Source: Octopus vulgaris (taxonomy: Eukaryota). Taken from it: a stretch of DNA of 64,000 nt. The notes under the pieces are model-generated. The model searched no databases and was not told where the DNA came from. It was given only the letters and a program-made list of their open reading frames with translations. The stretch lies in NCBI GenBank assembly GCA_951406725.2, contig OX597827.1:26846001-26910000 (forward strand). The letters run 5' to 3'. The translations under genes and the position numbers were made by a program. Every line of letters begins with the position of its first letter. Within the stretch, counting starts at the first letter, position 1. Below, in pieces: positions 1-14,444 of this stretch.

Positions 1-296
1 TATATAATATATATATATATATAAGGAAATATATAGAAAGGGAGAAAAGAAGGAAAGAAAGAAAGAAGGCTCAGAGTACGAAAAGAGGTGGTGGTGGTGG
101 AATTTTATAGGAATGGAAGTGCGAGGTATAGGAGGAGTAGACAAAGTAAGATGAAGAACTCTGCATATATATATATATGCATGTGAGTGTGTGTGTGTAA
201 ATGAGTGCATGTCTCACAGCATTTGTGTGTATCTGTACGTGCAGATGTATGAATCTATATATGTGTTCGTATATGTGTGTTTGTGCAGATATATAA

Positions 297-404
<108 letters not shown>

Positions 405-570
405 CTTTCTTCACAGGTACGTATGTATATACGCATTTGTGTATATGAATGCTATTCGTACAAAACTAATGTTTCTATGTTATCTGTGTATATGTGTGTG
501 TGTCTATATATATGTCTAGCTTTGTAGACTGTGCGCGACTTAGTGTGTCAATATATGTACATGCATACAT

Positions 571-601
<31 letters not shown>

Positions 602-838
602 TACTTGTACGACACTACGACGTAGGTGGAATGTTTTTCATGTGAATATAATAAGCAGCAGTTGCAATTTGCTATCAGAAAAAAAACGTGTGTGTGTGTC
701 ACATTTCGAAAGAGCTTTGCAGACGACCGTTGCGTTGGCATGTCGCTTACGGCATAGAAAAGCCGATTATATTCGCCGTTAGACATCTATTTGGACTGCG
801 TGTATGTATGTAATATATATATATACACGCACTATGTG

Positions 839-879
<41 letters not shown>

Positions 880-922
880 GTATGTATGTATACAAACATA
901 TATACATACATACATATATATA

Positions 923-955
<33 letters not shown>

Positions 956-1154
956 GTATAGATTTATTTAAAAGATATATATAATGTGTGTGTATGTGTG
1001 CACCCAGTTGCTTTCGTAGTGCGTCTTGACGAATGGTTTCTGGTGCATCAGAGATGAAACTGCGAGATTGGAAGATTTGTAGATTGACGTAGAGTAGAAA
1101 GAAAGGAATAAAGCAAGAATTAAAAGAATAAATAAAGATGGCAGAGAGTCAGGC

Positions 1155-1162
1155 AGGCAGAT

Positions 1163-1196
<34 letters not shown>

Positions 1197-1270
1197 GCAG
1201 ACAGCCAGGCAGACAGACAGACAGACAGACAGATAGATTGATATATATAGATATATATATAGATAGATAT

Positions 1271-1312
<42 letters not shown>

Positions 1313-1313
1313 T

Positions 1314-1393
<80 letters not shown>

Positions 1394-1400
1394 TAGACAG
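1155..1400. repeat. Compound (GACA)n/(GATA)n microsatellite
   Basis: Directly visible tetranucleotide arrays. Confidence 0.95.
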
Positions 1401-1856
1401 ATATAAATATAAAGATAGGCAGATAGATGGATAGATGGAGAGAGAGGGGGTGAGGGGACTGTGAAATTGGTGAAATAAAGAAAGCTAGATAATAACAAAT
1501 AAAAACAATTACTGAACAAAGAAAAGCAGAGGAAATCCCTTACAGGAATAAATGAAAGACAGAATGAATGAAAAAGAAAGAAATATAATACTGACTGAAG
1601 GATATAAGAAGACGAACGTAAAAAGTGAAGAAAATTTCAACGAGATACAAGAAAGAAGAAAGAGAACTGAAAGAAAATAATTAATAGTGAATGCATTGTG
1701 TACGCGCTTATGTTTTTGTTTAGTTCTGTCTTCTCAGTCTAAATTAATCCGAAGTGGATGTCATTAACCCATAGCTTTCATTTTATGTAATCTATCTAGA
1801 GTTGGGAGATAGAGAGAGGAAAACTAATTCAGGTTAATTCCGGTTACTGATTTATG

Positions 1857-1899
<43 letters not shown>

Positions 1900-2189
1900 A
1901 TATACTTATATATTCTTTAGCAGCTTCGAATTAAGCGCAAAGCAGAAGAACAACAAAACAATCGTGTGAATAAGTCGCTAGTGGTGATGCTACAAGGATA
2001 AATAGGGGGCTTTAAGCCGGAAAAATCCGATGATGCAATAATATTCTGTATCGGTTACAATTAGTTAATAATAAGAGATTTTAATATGATGTCTTTGAGA
2101 AGTTCAGATGCTATAAAGGGTTGAGAATCTAGCGCTTCTGACCTTTGGCCTTCGTATTGTATAAATTAAATATGAGTTCAAATCTCGTA

Positions 2190-2360
2190 TGTCGAATGTG
2201 ATTCAATATTTGCCGTTTCTATATGCTCCGAATTCAAATTCCATTCATCTCAACTTTAATTTTTATACCAGCTGGATCAATAAATTGAAGTTTCAGTCAG
2301 GGACCGGGGTTAATGGTAACGACTAATCCCTTCCACCAACAGTTGCTGCTGTTGTTAATA
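2190..2360 (+). mobile_element. Decayed SINE family B copy
   Basis: GCTCCGAATTCAAATTCC...CAACTTT...GGATCAATAAATTGAAGT...CCGGGGTTAATGGTAACGACTAATCCC resembles the intact copy at 44822. Confidence 0.5.
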
Positions 2361-2479
2361 CTATTGTCGGTTGGTGTTATACACCGCTGGCTACGATGCC
2401 AGTTCGTCGCATAGTTAGCCATCTACGACTGAATGGACAGCAGCAATGTTATAGGAAGTGTTTTACTCAAGAACGCAAT

Positions 2480-2562
2480 GCAATACCGGCCTCCAAATGG
2501 AAAAACCGTGACCTTGCCATCGTGAGCGCAACAGCTTGACCACTAACCCACGCATCTTCACA
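2480..2562 (-). mobile_element. Decayed tRNA-derived SINE head (family D)
   Basis: Reverse complement GTGAAGATGCGTGGGTTAGTGGTCAAG... resembles the heads at 29947-30012 and 48276. Confidence 0.45.
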
Positions 2563-2573
2563 CACACACACAC

Positions 2574-2615
<42 letters not shown>

Positions 2616-2726
2616 GACAGGCTTCCGCGCAGTTTCCATTGACCAAATTCATACACAAGGCATTGGTCAGCCCAGTACTATAAAAGAAGACAGGTTAGAT
2701 TTGACAAATTTTCAGCCATAATGTAC

Positions 2727-3326
2727 CTAGGGCTACACCATCCATAGTGTCCTTTTCTAAAAACAAAATGGTAGCTTATATTTAATCTGTGAGATATAGG
2801 TATCTACTTCTAGCGAGTCAAACTTCAACATAACGACTCCCTTATTGGTTTGCTTCGTTTCCCGTAATAAATGAAGCCAACCTCTGTTGTTAATCTGTTG
2901 TTAACTCTTAGTGTATCTAGGGTTACATCATCCGATGTATTCTTCCTTTTTTGGTAGTAGTACATCCACTTCTACCAGACTGATCTACCACATAACGATT
3001 CTCTCTGTAGCTTATCTTGTTCCATGCTATAAATTCCAACTCTGTTGTTTTCACCTCTGGTCAGTCTAAGGGCATCCTTTATTTAAAGGTGCCAGTTATT
3101 AGTAATTTAAGATTTAAGTATCTATTTTTAGGAAAATAAGCTACCTCATAGAGTCTCCCTTATTGACTCTCCTCTTCTCTCGTTATAGACAAATTTCAGT
3201 GACTCTAGGACTTTCAATATCCAGTGTGTCACTCCCATTTTATTTAAAGATGGTAGTGTATCTGTTTCTAGCAAAACAAGCTACCACATAGAAACTCCGT
3301 TATTGGCTCGCCTCGTTTCATATTAT
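2727..3326 (-). repeat. Four degenerate tandem units (about 140-190 bp) derived from interspersed repeat family C
   Basis: Units start at CTAGG/CTAAGG (2727, 2917, 3066, 3205) and share CATCC..., TCTA(C/T)TTCTAG..., CACATA..CTCC.TTATTGG motifs. Confidence 0.7.
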
Positions 3327-3327
3327 A

Positions 3328-3382
<55 letters not shown>

Positions 3383-4247
3383 CTCACACACACACACAAA
3401 CACACATACGCACAAACACACACATACACACACACACATATATATGTGTCTGTTTCTCTTGGTTTTATGATCTAACCACGTCACGGACTAACAAAGGATA
3501 TATCGTGTGAGATATTATTACATATTTTCAGACTACAAGATGTAATAAAACCAAAAAAAAGACAAAACAAAAACAAAAAAGGGGAAGATATAAATGGATC
3601 ACGTGACTAACTACACGAAGTTCGGGGTCAATACTGAACGCTTAACAAACCATCGACACAGTACGGTTCAAAGATTACAAACGAATCAATCACAAGCGTA
3701 GATTAGACATAAGCACGAAACTTGCCTCGCCATTTTCTCGCATTCATTTTCATCTCCTTTTCATTGCATTTCCACATCCATTTTTATTCAAACTAATCAA
3801 TACATTCATCATCTGTTGCTGTTTTTCGTGTTGCTGTTGTTATTGTTGTTGTCGTCATCGTTGTTGTTGTTTTTGTACGCTATTACTGTTGTTCCTTTCC
3901 GAGTTATCTTTGTTTCTTTTTGTTTTTGTTTTTTTCATGTTTCAAAAAGTTTTTTTTTTAATCAATCGAGTTGTCTGTTTATCTATTTATCATTCGGAAA
4001 GTTCATCCATTTATCGATCTCTTGTCTCACACTATCTTCTTTTTCTCTCATCTCCCTGTCCCTCTCCTTCTCTCCTTACCTCTCTGTTTATCTGTCTTTG
4101 CTATCTTATTTCTTTATCGGTCTTTCGGCATATCTATTTATCTGACATATGACTGGCCACATAGGCAAAGTGGTCAGTTGACAGGCGAATAGATGCTCTC
4201 ACAAAGTTATACATACATACGCATAGATAGATAGACAGTCAGATAGC

Positions 4248-4422
<175 letters not shown>

Positions 4423-5609
4423 GTAGGTAGAAACTATCCAGACTATCACTCTTTACCAACAAAATCAATATATTTCGTCATTATCACTACTACAACTGAT
4501 GCTGCTGCTGTTTTGCTTGCCTTTATCCTCGGCTAATCAATCAAACGAGCTGTCTATCTATTTATCACCCTAGCAATCTGTCTGTCAATTTATCGACTAA
4601 AGCGATCACAAGTTCGCTCATACGCTTCGATCGACTACATGTCTCTCTTTCTCTTTTTTTGTTGCTATCTCTCCCTCTCCCTCTGTCGCTCTCTCTTTCT
4701 GTATTTTTACACCTTATAAAGTGTACCAAATGTGTATACGTACTTTAAATGATCCCTCGACCATGCTTATGACTCTCCTCTCAATCAGGCATAGCCTCAT
4801 TCTGAATCCACACAGATATATTTCATCACAGTTCAATCACGACCTTGTTTCCCTTTATTCCTCTGCTTCTTCCCATTCCTCTCTGTCTCCCCCCCTCTCT
4901 TTCTCTCTCTCTCTCACTCTCTTATCTATTTTAATCAATCATTAAAATATATATTAGCATGTATTAAGCATGTATCAATGTACAGGTGAGCTTTCAGGTA
5001 TCTATAGAGAAATATGAATGTGTTTGAGCCAGATGATATTCTAGTTAAAACATGATACCAAATGGATTTTGAAAAGATCGATGCAATGCAACATGTTGTA
5101 GGTAGGAAAAGGTAGGAGCTTAAAGGCATTGATTTCGACGCCGGGGGGGTCACAGGCAGAAATAATCTCGGCTAGATACGAACTTAGAACCGAACGTTAT
5201 GCAGCTGAGAAGTTAGTTACTCGATAATCTACCGATTGTGCCGTTTACCACCCGTGTTCGTTGCAAGATAATAAAAAGGTTGATGAGGCCTAGCTAGGTT
5301 GAAATAGTGACAATTCGGTCGTTACAGGTGCATGTTCTCTTTAAGGGGTTATTTTCTGAACATTTCTGTTTGAACAACAACGTTTGATATGTTCTCTTAT
5401 ACGGAATGAATTCATTTCTACGTTCCGAGTACACACGCAATCATACACACACACACACACACACACACATACATACTTACATACATACATACACACACAT
5501 ACATACACACACATACACACACATACACACACACATATATAAATTATATATATATAAAGGTACAGACCAAACATGTATATGGGTATAAGTATCTTTTTAT
5601 ATACATGGG

Positions 5610-5640
<31 letters not shown>

Positions 5641-6943
5641 GTATGCATGTATAGGAATGCATATCTATCAATCTATCTATATATATATATATATATATGT
5701 GGGTGTGTGTGTGTGTATGAGCATATGTATGTAAATGAACGTTTGTATATAGGAGGGTGTATATATATAAGTATATGGGTTCATAAGTATGTGGGTATGT
5801 GTCTGGCATTCATTCCTGTCGTTGATCATACGTAATAGTTACGAGTGAAAGGACCACGTGACACGGAACAGAAATCGATGACCGGAGCAAGAAGAAATGA
5901 AGCCATCTCTGTAGCAGACGACAAAGAAAGACTTTCAATAAAATTTATCGTTCGGAACTTGTAGATGAGTTTTATAGAGTGGAGCGGAATATATGACGAG
6001 AAGATGGGTAGGTGTGGGTGATAGATACCCCTTTTGTGACGGCAGAACTACAGAATTCTCTGAAATGAACTGGAATCGGAAGCTGTCAGTGCTGAAGATT
6101 CCTGTCAAAAGATCTTATACATGTGTGTGTATGCATGTATGTATGTATGTATGTATTATGTATGTATGTATGTATGGATGTATGTATGTATGTATGTATG
6201 TGTAGGTAGGTAGGTAGGTATGTGTATATATGTATGTACGTGTATGTGTGTATATATATAAGTGTATATTTATATATCATAAACATCTATATATATATAT
6301 ATATATATCTTTGTATTGCACGTGCATATATATAAACACGGTGATAGATATGTCTCTCTCAATCTCTCCCCCCTCTCTAGTTATCTCTCATTCTTATACA
6401 TATGCATGTATGTATAAATGTATGTATATATATATATATATGTGTGTGTGTATGTGTGTATTTGTGTGTGTGAGTGTGTGTGAATCTAATCATCGTTTTG
6501 TACATGTACGTCAGTGTAAATATATAACAATGAGTATTGAAACGTGGGTTTATACACGAGTATATATATAAGTTGGATATTTTTTATTTATATTCCTGCA
6601 AGTGGTTTCACTATAACCTGGTTCTTCATACATTATCTTTTATTCTAACCTTTTGAACAAATTCACAAAAATCTAGACTTGTAGTTTATAAAACATTGCC
6701 TGAAGAACCACGTTATGGCAAAACTCCATGTAATGAGATGAAACAAGCTTATTTAACTAATAAATACATACAGGATTCTACATTTTAGTATTGATGTCTT
6801 AGTTATATTATGTTTGAGTGTAATCAAAGTCTAAAGACAAAATTGATCTCGAAGGCACTAAATGAGATTTGTATATCTGTAATATAAACGAAATGAAGCG
6901 AAAAGTAATTCAAGACGTATTACTGAAATAAATTATATTCATA

Positions 6944-7356
6944 GGTGTATGATCGAGAAGCTTTCTTCTCAACCATGTGGGCTTGGCTTCAGTCCCACTG
7001 CGTGGCACCTTGGGCAAGTGTCTCTTGTTATAACAAGCTTGTGAGTGAGTTTGTAAGAGAGAAACTGAAAGGAGCCGATCGTATGTATACTTATGTGTGT
7101 ATGTGCATGTTTGCGCGTGCCTGTGTGTGTGTGTGTGTGTGTGTGTGTATTATGTTTGACCCTCACTCCTGTTTGACAATAGGCGACGGTTTATTTACGT
7201 ACCCGTAGCTTAGCGGTTCGATGACAGAGACCATTAGAATAATCTCCTGGATTAAACATAAATGCTGGTTCCAATTTGTTCCGTCAAAACCCTTCGATGC
7301 AGCACTTATCTTGTAGCATGGACGCAGCTCGAAGGCTGAAATAGGCAAAAGAGAAG
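6944..7356 (+). mobile_element. SINE family A (tRNA-derived, CORE-like), near full length
   Basis: CAGTCCCACTGCGTGGCACCTTGGGCAAGTG, internal (TG)n, GTAGCTTAGCGGTTCG...GCATGGACGCAG...GCTGAAA; colinear with 33457-33890. Confidence 0.8.
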
Positions 7357-7791
7357 ACACTACTTGGACATGGGCTGTATTTCTGCAAGAAGAATGCCAG
7401 TAACTAAATTCATGTCTAGAAGCTTCGTGTGCTGGTATCGAAACATCTTTTGTTAGAATAAAATTCCACGAAATATTGATAAATATCCGAGGCTAATGTA
7501 AAAGGGAATATGAATGGTAAAACTTCGAAATGAAAATGTAAAGAAGGGTTGAATTGCTTTATATGTAAAGCGAGGTGAATTTCTGGCGCAAAGTTTAAAT
7601 TATATGAATAAACGAATGCATTTAAAGCCTATGGAACTGATTATTGTAGTGTCCCAGCATGGCGGTTGCCTTTAAGGTTGAAACTAATAAAAGAGCAAAA
7701 GTGTGTTTGTGTATGTACGTGATAGATAGATAAATAGATCGATCGATCGATAACTAGATAGATAGACAGATAGATAGATAGATAGATAGAC

Positions 7792-7875
<84 letters not shown>

Positions 7876-8289
7876 GGATAGATAATCAGTATCGCCATTG
7901 CAACAACATATCTGACATTCATATCAGCCAGGATCGTTTTTCCTTGTAATTATTTCTAATTATCTGCGGTATGTTGGTTCTCCTATTGTTTTTTTCTGTT
8001 GTTTCCTTTTTCTTGCTATTGATGTTGTTATTAACGTTGCGGTTGCTGTTGTTGGCATGTAGATATACTTTAACTAAAGTGGTATACATTCTCACTTCAT
8101 GTTTCTCACGATACTATTTCCAACGAAGGGGTTTGTGCGTCAACATGGTCATACGAAATGCATGAAATAACAGCCACTCCCGACTCCACTTTGCCTATTT
8201 TTCCTATACTCCGCCATTTCATTCGGTTTTTCAAAATTTAAAAACAGTCTCCATCCGGTAACTTTGTCCTAGGGTCATTGCGTCTGAAC

Positions 8290-8358
8290 ATATTGGGCTT
8301 CGTATATTTTACCCCAGTGTCACATGCACTGCTCTCTCACTCAATAATAATAATAATG

Positions 8359-8415
<57 letters not shown>
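8290..8415 (+). mobile_element. 5'-truncated copy of the (AAT)n-tailed retroelement found at 22008-22555
   Basis: GGGCTTCGTATATTTTACCCCAGTGTCACATGCACTGCTCTCTCACTC(AAT)n matches the reverse complement of 22065-22125 with a short deletion. Confidence 0.8.
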
Positions 8416-8417
<2 letters not shown>

Positions 8418-9244
8418 GAAATTGGAGAACAGTTGCCCCTAAATTTGTTTGATCGGAGCTCACCGAGGGCTCAACAAAAACAACAACAACTGCTCTACGA
8501 TATTGTTACTCTTACTGCTGTTATTTTGTTCTTTTTACATTGCCTTGTCAGCTTGAATTTAAAAAAAAACAACAAAAATAAATCCTAGTTCAGTCAGTGA
8601 ACATGTGATATGCTTTACTTCCGATGTTATTCTTTCTATGAATGCATTCCTTGCAGAAAGAGGAAGCAAATAAACGAAAGTTTACCTTTCAGCCGCATAA
8701 TTACTTGAATGGATTTTACCCCAACGAAACTGTAGACGTTTCAAACAATGAAAAGCATTTAGTGACTTGTTGTAGGATCCAACAACATTTTGTTCAATTT
8801 GCTTTGGTATGGCGAGCCTCGAAATGACCCAAGCGATTGCCCCGTCACCCGAACTTTGCGATTCTTTCATGTTGCAATTTTCATGTTATCATTGTTTTTA
8901 ATACTTATTTTAATCCGTGTTTCCTTGCTATTCTTTCTTCGAATTTCTTTCACCTGTTTCAGTCATTGGACTGCGGACATGTTGGGGCACCGCTTTAAAG
9001 GGTTTTAATCGAATAAATCGACTGCAAGAAATGTTTAAAACCCATAATTGTTCTGTCAGTCTCTTTTACTGGAGTAAAACAAAAACAACATCAGCCACGC
9101 CCAAATCTCTGATCCTTAAACCTGCTATCTCTTCTCGTAGCCTCACTACTATAGTGTTTTAACCCCATTGAGTCTCATTGATCCCATCTCCATTCAGAAC
9201 CACTAGGCTCACTACACGTCTCTTCTCTTCCTGCCACTCAGAGA

Positions 9245-9470
9245 TTATCGGGTGGGGTTAGTTTTAAAAATAGCTTACTGCTGTTCAGTACCAATATATA
9301 CGTTTTCTGCCAATGCACCATATCTTGCTCCTCTGGTCTACAAATTTTTCAATCACATTCGCTCGATCTCACCCTATTGAAGATTTCCTCAAAAGATGGT
9401 ACGGTGAGTGAGCTGTGTTCAAAATCTTAACAAACTGTAGCGTATAAGGCATAATTACTAGTTACATATA
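9245..9470 (+). pseudogene. Highly decayed Tc1/mariner transposase fragment
   Basis: Frameshifted peptides NAPYLAPLVYKFFNHI and SLDLTLL..DFL..W resemble the GAPxHxAxxVxxFLN and SPDLTPLDFFxWG motifs. Confidence 0.35.
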
Positions 9471-10099
9471 ATTATTCTTTTACATACACTTTTCCATTGA
9501 GCGGTGACACTAAGTAAGCGAGTTTGTTGTCAGCCTATCAACATCGGCCAACTGTGGAAACAGAACTTTCAAAAGCCTGAAATCCGTGGGTAAATTTATT
9601 TAAAGGTTTTCAGTTGTGTAAGCGAGGCAAACCACATGATATCCGCTATCGTCTCTCTAAATTGTCAGCCCACCTTCAAATCCCATACTAACCTAATCCC
9701 TTAGCCTAATCGTACATCCTCACTGCAACTATATCTCACCGGTTTACACAATTTAGTTTCAGTTATCGACCAGCGCAAGTTCAAATTGAAGATTATTTTC
9801 AGCAATAACACCTTATCTTAGCCACTCATCTGTTTAATTTAGTCTTTAATTAAATAATAGAAGATAGACTTTATTTCCACAAGAGCTGATTTTTAAAGCA
9901 ACATTCATTGCCATAGTAACAATCAATCACCATACTAACAGTCGACGTCTTGCTCGTTCAGTTATCAGAATCAAAACCGATGTAACGTTGGTGTTTAATC
10001 CCTGACAATGGCTGTTATTGTGTCAGCTACTTTGTGAGAGAACATTAAATGCTCCAGCACGGTCGTTACTATTTTACTCTAATATCTGTTGATGATTCT

Positions 10100-10440
10100 G
10101 TTGTTGTTACGGAGGTTGAGATTGAGGTTGAGCTAACGGTCTTCGTCCCAGAGCTCGCAAGCTGGGAGAAGTCCGAAACGTGGTCCTGTGCTATTCGTAA
10201 AACCCGCAGAAGAGAAAAGCAGGTCAACCCCCGACACCAAGAGCATCAACGGATGGATGAATGCGCATCCAGGCTCAGCGGTTGCGTAGGAAGTCGGGGA
10301 CAAGAAACAGGAAGAAAGTGTGAGAGAGAGTTGGGCCGAAAGAGTAAAACAGGGGTCGCCATCCCACCCCCTGTCGGGGACTCGTGGAGCTTTATGTGTT
10401 TTCGCTCAATAAACACACACAACGCCCGGTCTGGGAATGT
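10100..10440 (-). mobile_element. SINE family D body, 5'-truncated at the B box, with an AAC-rich tail
   Basis: Reverse complement ATTCCCAGACCGGGCGTTGTGTGTGTTTATTGAGCGAAAACACATAAAGCTCCACGAG aligns with 48340-48395. Confidence 0.75.
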
Positions 10441-10839
10441 TGCAGCTGTTGAGCCCCAGGCAAGACCTACTCCAGCAGACTTTTGACATATATTCAAACC
10501 AAAACCAATCAGATTTTTTTTCAGAAATAGTGTACCTAAAATTACATCCTTTTCTTTCGAGACGATATATTATGATCTGAGAGAAATATCATTCCAAAAC
10601 GTATTACAATATATTTCATCGGTGGGATACGGTTTATACCTACATGATGATGGCTGGGATCTAACGTTTTGGTCAGCTCTACTTTTTCAGTGCAGAATGA
10701 ATAAAGGTCTCAAAACTTTGACTGATTCATAATTTCGTTATCTAGTGCCAAGCCCTTCATTTTCACATTCTCTCTGTGTTTAGAATATTAGATTTCTTTC
10801 TTGCAGAATAAGTAAACATTTTCAACTGTTTGAATTAAC

Positions 10840-11060
10840 CGTTGTTTAGCTCACGTCAACCATGATATAACAGATCTATGATCAAAGACATTCCAGCCAT
10901 ACCTCTCCCTTTCTTTTTTTGCTCAGGCGTTCGTCAGATCGCAGTATCTGAAGTGATTGATTTCTTTCTCTAAGTGGTAGGGTATGAGTTGAAGTAGGGA
11001 GATTCTACTGCTATTTCCAGAGGGTCATGCGATTATATAAAGGCTCCCCTCACTGATTCA
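10840..11060 (-). mobile_element. Interspersed repeat family C (old SINE-like element with AAC tail)
   Basis: GTTTAGC...CAGATCTATGATCAAAGACATTCCAGCCAT...CTGCTATTTCCAG...GGCTCCCCTC; reverse of the copies at 39025-39445. Confidence 0.7.
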
Positions 11061-12007
11061 TAGTTAAGTTGGTAACCTAGGAAAAGAATTCGTTGTGGAC
11101 GAGTTTAATACGGTAAATACAGGAATTACTAACAGAAAAAAGGATTGACAGTATTACGTTGAACTTTTTAGGATTTGAGGATTATATGAGTTTCGTTTCG
11201 ACTATGCAAAAATTCCTGGTATTTTTGAAGAGTGAAGGAAGGAGGGAAATAAGGACAATGATGTCTTTCCTATGGAGATTAGTGATGTAAGCGAAGTGAA
11301 CCGAAATGAAGCTAAGTGACACGGAGTGAAAAAGGGACTCTTCAAGTGAATTGGTGCCAGTATGCCCAAAGCTTCCTTTCTCTACAACGATCGATCACCA
11401 TTTCCTTACTTTTTTTTTAGTGATTACATTATTTACTTCTTTTTTAATGTTCAGTGCAAGAGCACTCCTTCTACTAGAGATTGTTAGCAGGCTCAGGCGA
11501 AAACTGTGCTTGCATCGCGGTTTCAATTCTCGTGTGAATCTTTACGCACAACACGTTTTATTCATATATATATTTATATATTTTACATTCTTGCATATAT
11601 ATGTACATACATGTACATTTAAGGATATGCATGTACATGTATGCATGAATGTACAATATACATGCAGGTGTAACTGTATACGTGTATATACGTGCATATG
11701 TACGGGTGTGTATGTTTATATATGAAATCCTTTCTGCGAGGCAATTGATGCTGTTCATTTGCAATTATTTTCGTCGCTCTTTCTCAGCCTCGAATACAAA
11801 GAAATCAAAGCCGCAGTTTTCGGTATTGAGACAATACTTCATATAATTTTTCATTTTGCCAAATGAATATTTACCTGTAAAAATCTTTAATTAATAGTCC
11901 CAGGGACTATTGATTGATATGTACATCGAAATAACTTGGACGAAAGTCCACAGAAGATTACTGTCTCAATATTCCTGGATGCTACCACATGACACCACAC
12001 ATACACG

Positions 12008-12078
<71 letters not shown>

Positions 12079-12082
<4 letters not shown>

Positions 12083-13211
12083 AGGAAATTATTAATTATT
12101 ATGTGAAGTAAACGGGAAAACAGTTTTCATGCTGCAATGCAAGGGCGAAGTCCATTGTCGAAATGGGGGACGCTATAGTTATTATCCAAAATTGAAACCA
12201 TGACAAATTGGCAAACTTTATATACAGAGATAATTTTACACCCCTCTTCTAGTTTTTTTTGTGACAGTTTTTCTGTGTGGGAATTTTGTTCTACTAGATT
12301 CTGAAAGCTGTGCTTGCCTGTTTGGTTCGTGCTCTTAGTGCTTTGTGTTGGGCATTTGTGGAATTGTTTAAGCTCCAGGAATTCGCCAGAACTTTTGTAA
12401 AATTTAAGATAATTTCTGTGTTACATCTGGGTGAGTACAAAAGAAAAATCTCTTAAGTTATGTTATGCTATAATATTAATATGAATTTTGAACCCTGCAT
12501 GTGTGGAAAGTTGTGTAGTAATTTTGCTAGCTATTTTCTGCTAAGATAAATGTTAAAATTTGCATAAGTAGGTAACGGGTGTATGAATTAATTTTTCATG
12601 TAGCCAAATTTTGGTATTAGATAACTAACTGTAAATTTTGTCTAATGGTTACACAGTATGCTTGTATGAAGCAGTTTTGTGTGAATTTAAAGTAAACTAG
12701 CTTTTTGTTTGACCATTTAATTTTTTAACGATAATTATTGATGTAGTCTGGCAGCCGTTTTGTGTCATGTACTTTTAGTTTAAATGGTTGCTTTGACATT
12801 AGATTTAATTATGTTTAGGTCCAAGGTATGACATTCCAAGGTTCGAAACTCAAGGCTGAACACCGACAGATTTTATAAAGTCAAGTTTCGAAATCCGAGT
12901 TTTGAAAACCGAATGTTTACAAAACTGGAAATCTGGATTTTATAAAACCCAAAATTATTAGAATGCTATTTTTGAAAAACCAGGATATCCTGAACTTATG
13001 AATTGTGTATATATGTTACCCTTGTAACTTTTGAGTGCACGTCGGGTGTAGCATTGGCTGTTTGTTTGTATATATATTTGTTTGTATGTAAGCTGTTTTT
13101 ATGTTGACTATTAATAGTATTTTACAAAAATTTCATGGTGTGGTGTTGGTTTAAATTCAACGTATCCACGTTGATTCTGTGATTTCGGGTTATGGCCACC
13201 AGGTCGTAACA
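12079..13211 (+). mobile_element. Probable solo LTR (about 1.13 kb, Gypsy-like termini)
   Basis: Microsatellite-free block bounded by TGTTA... and ...GGTCGTAACA (5-bp terminal inverted repeat, TG/CA ends), inside a (TA)/(TG) tract. No clean TSD; strand is tentative. Confidence 0.55.
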
Positions 13212-13361
13212 ATGGGTGTGTGTCTGTGTGCGTAAATGAACGCATGCGTATATGCAAATATATATGTATATATATATATATATGCATATAAACGTATGTA
13301 TATATATCTATATCTGCGTATATGTATGTGTGTGTGTGTGTATATGTATATATATGCAGGC

Positions 13362-13434
<73 letters not shown>

Positions 13435-14444
13435 AATATATACGTAAACAGACACACTCAAACACACACACACACACACACACATGCATACACACATATA
13501 TGTAGGTGTATTGTATGAAGATGAAGATATAAAAGTATATTGATGAAATTATGATCATCTCGATTAACTGCTGTCCTGTCAATGAGTCACTATAGTTCTA
13601 ATTAACACTTTGATTATCATAACAGACATTTTTTTTCTTCTTCTTTTGCACATAAAATTAAGATTTTATCTTCACACACACACACACAACACACACACAC
13701 CTTCATACATACATACACACATCCATCGATTATGCATTCGACTGCATTACATCATTGAACACAGAGAATTTTTACTTTTAAATCTCTCTTCCCACACACA
13801 CACACACACACAAGCACATTGTAGTTCCCACACACACACATACACACAAGAACATTATAGTTTAATGATATTAATTCGTTATGTCATCTATCTTCCTATA
13901 CGTTGTCGGTGTGTTTTTTTGTATTTGTGTTGAGTTTGTTCTTGTTGCTGCTTAAAACCAGTCAGTTTTGATCGATCAGTTCAATGATCAAACGTGAGCT
14001 AAAGTAATGTTGTATACTAAAGACATTTGCTTTGTAACCAATCGATCTTGAGTTCGATCTCATTGTACAGAACATTTTGCAAGTGTCTTCTAGCGTGACC
14101 TCGAATAGGGCGAAGCCTTTTGAGTGCACGCAAGCCCTTTGCACAACCGTTTCTGATATTGGGTCGTAAGTACTGACCCCTGCGATTAGGTTTCCTTTTA
14201 CGGGACCTAGACATTTGTGTACATACAGGCCAGGGATTTTGGTCTGCTAATAATTTTCTTCCTATCTCTTACCAGTCTTGGGGCTGTTGGAAATTATCCT
14301 GAATCCTGTCTTTCGATTTAGATTAAATGATAGACTATATAAAAGGCGTTCCAACCGTGACAATCTAGAAATTTATTCAGATATATTGTATACAGGACTA
14401 TACAAGACACTGCAGTCATTATTTTCTCCCTAAGGTTAGTGACA

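Noticed and set aside
5278-5312. TTGATGA-GGCCTAGCTAGGTT-GAAA hammerhead-like motif
   Set aside because: C3 is mutated and there is no stem I or UH triplet; it cannot be separated from chance without homologs.
6698-6760. CTGAAGA-ACCA..TGGC-AAAA-CTC hammerhead-like motif
   Set aside because: G12 is missing and there is no stem III/I closure.
9403-9409. GTGAGT splice donor (another at about 60369)
   Set aside because: The first lies in a probable transposase relic and the second has stops in all frames upstream; such hexamers are expected by chance.
9685-9712. Telomere-like CCTAA repeats
   Set aside because: Only about 3 degenerate units, so not a credible interstitial telomere.
10049-10486. 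145-aa ORF of normal composition
   Set aside because: It is the antisense reading of a SINE family D copy.
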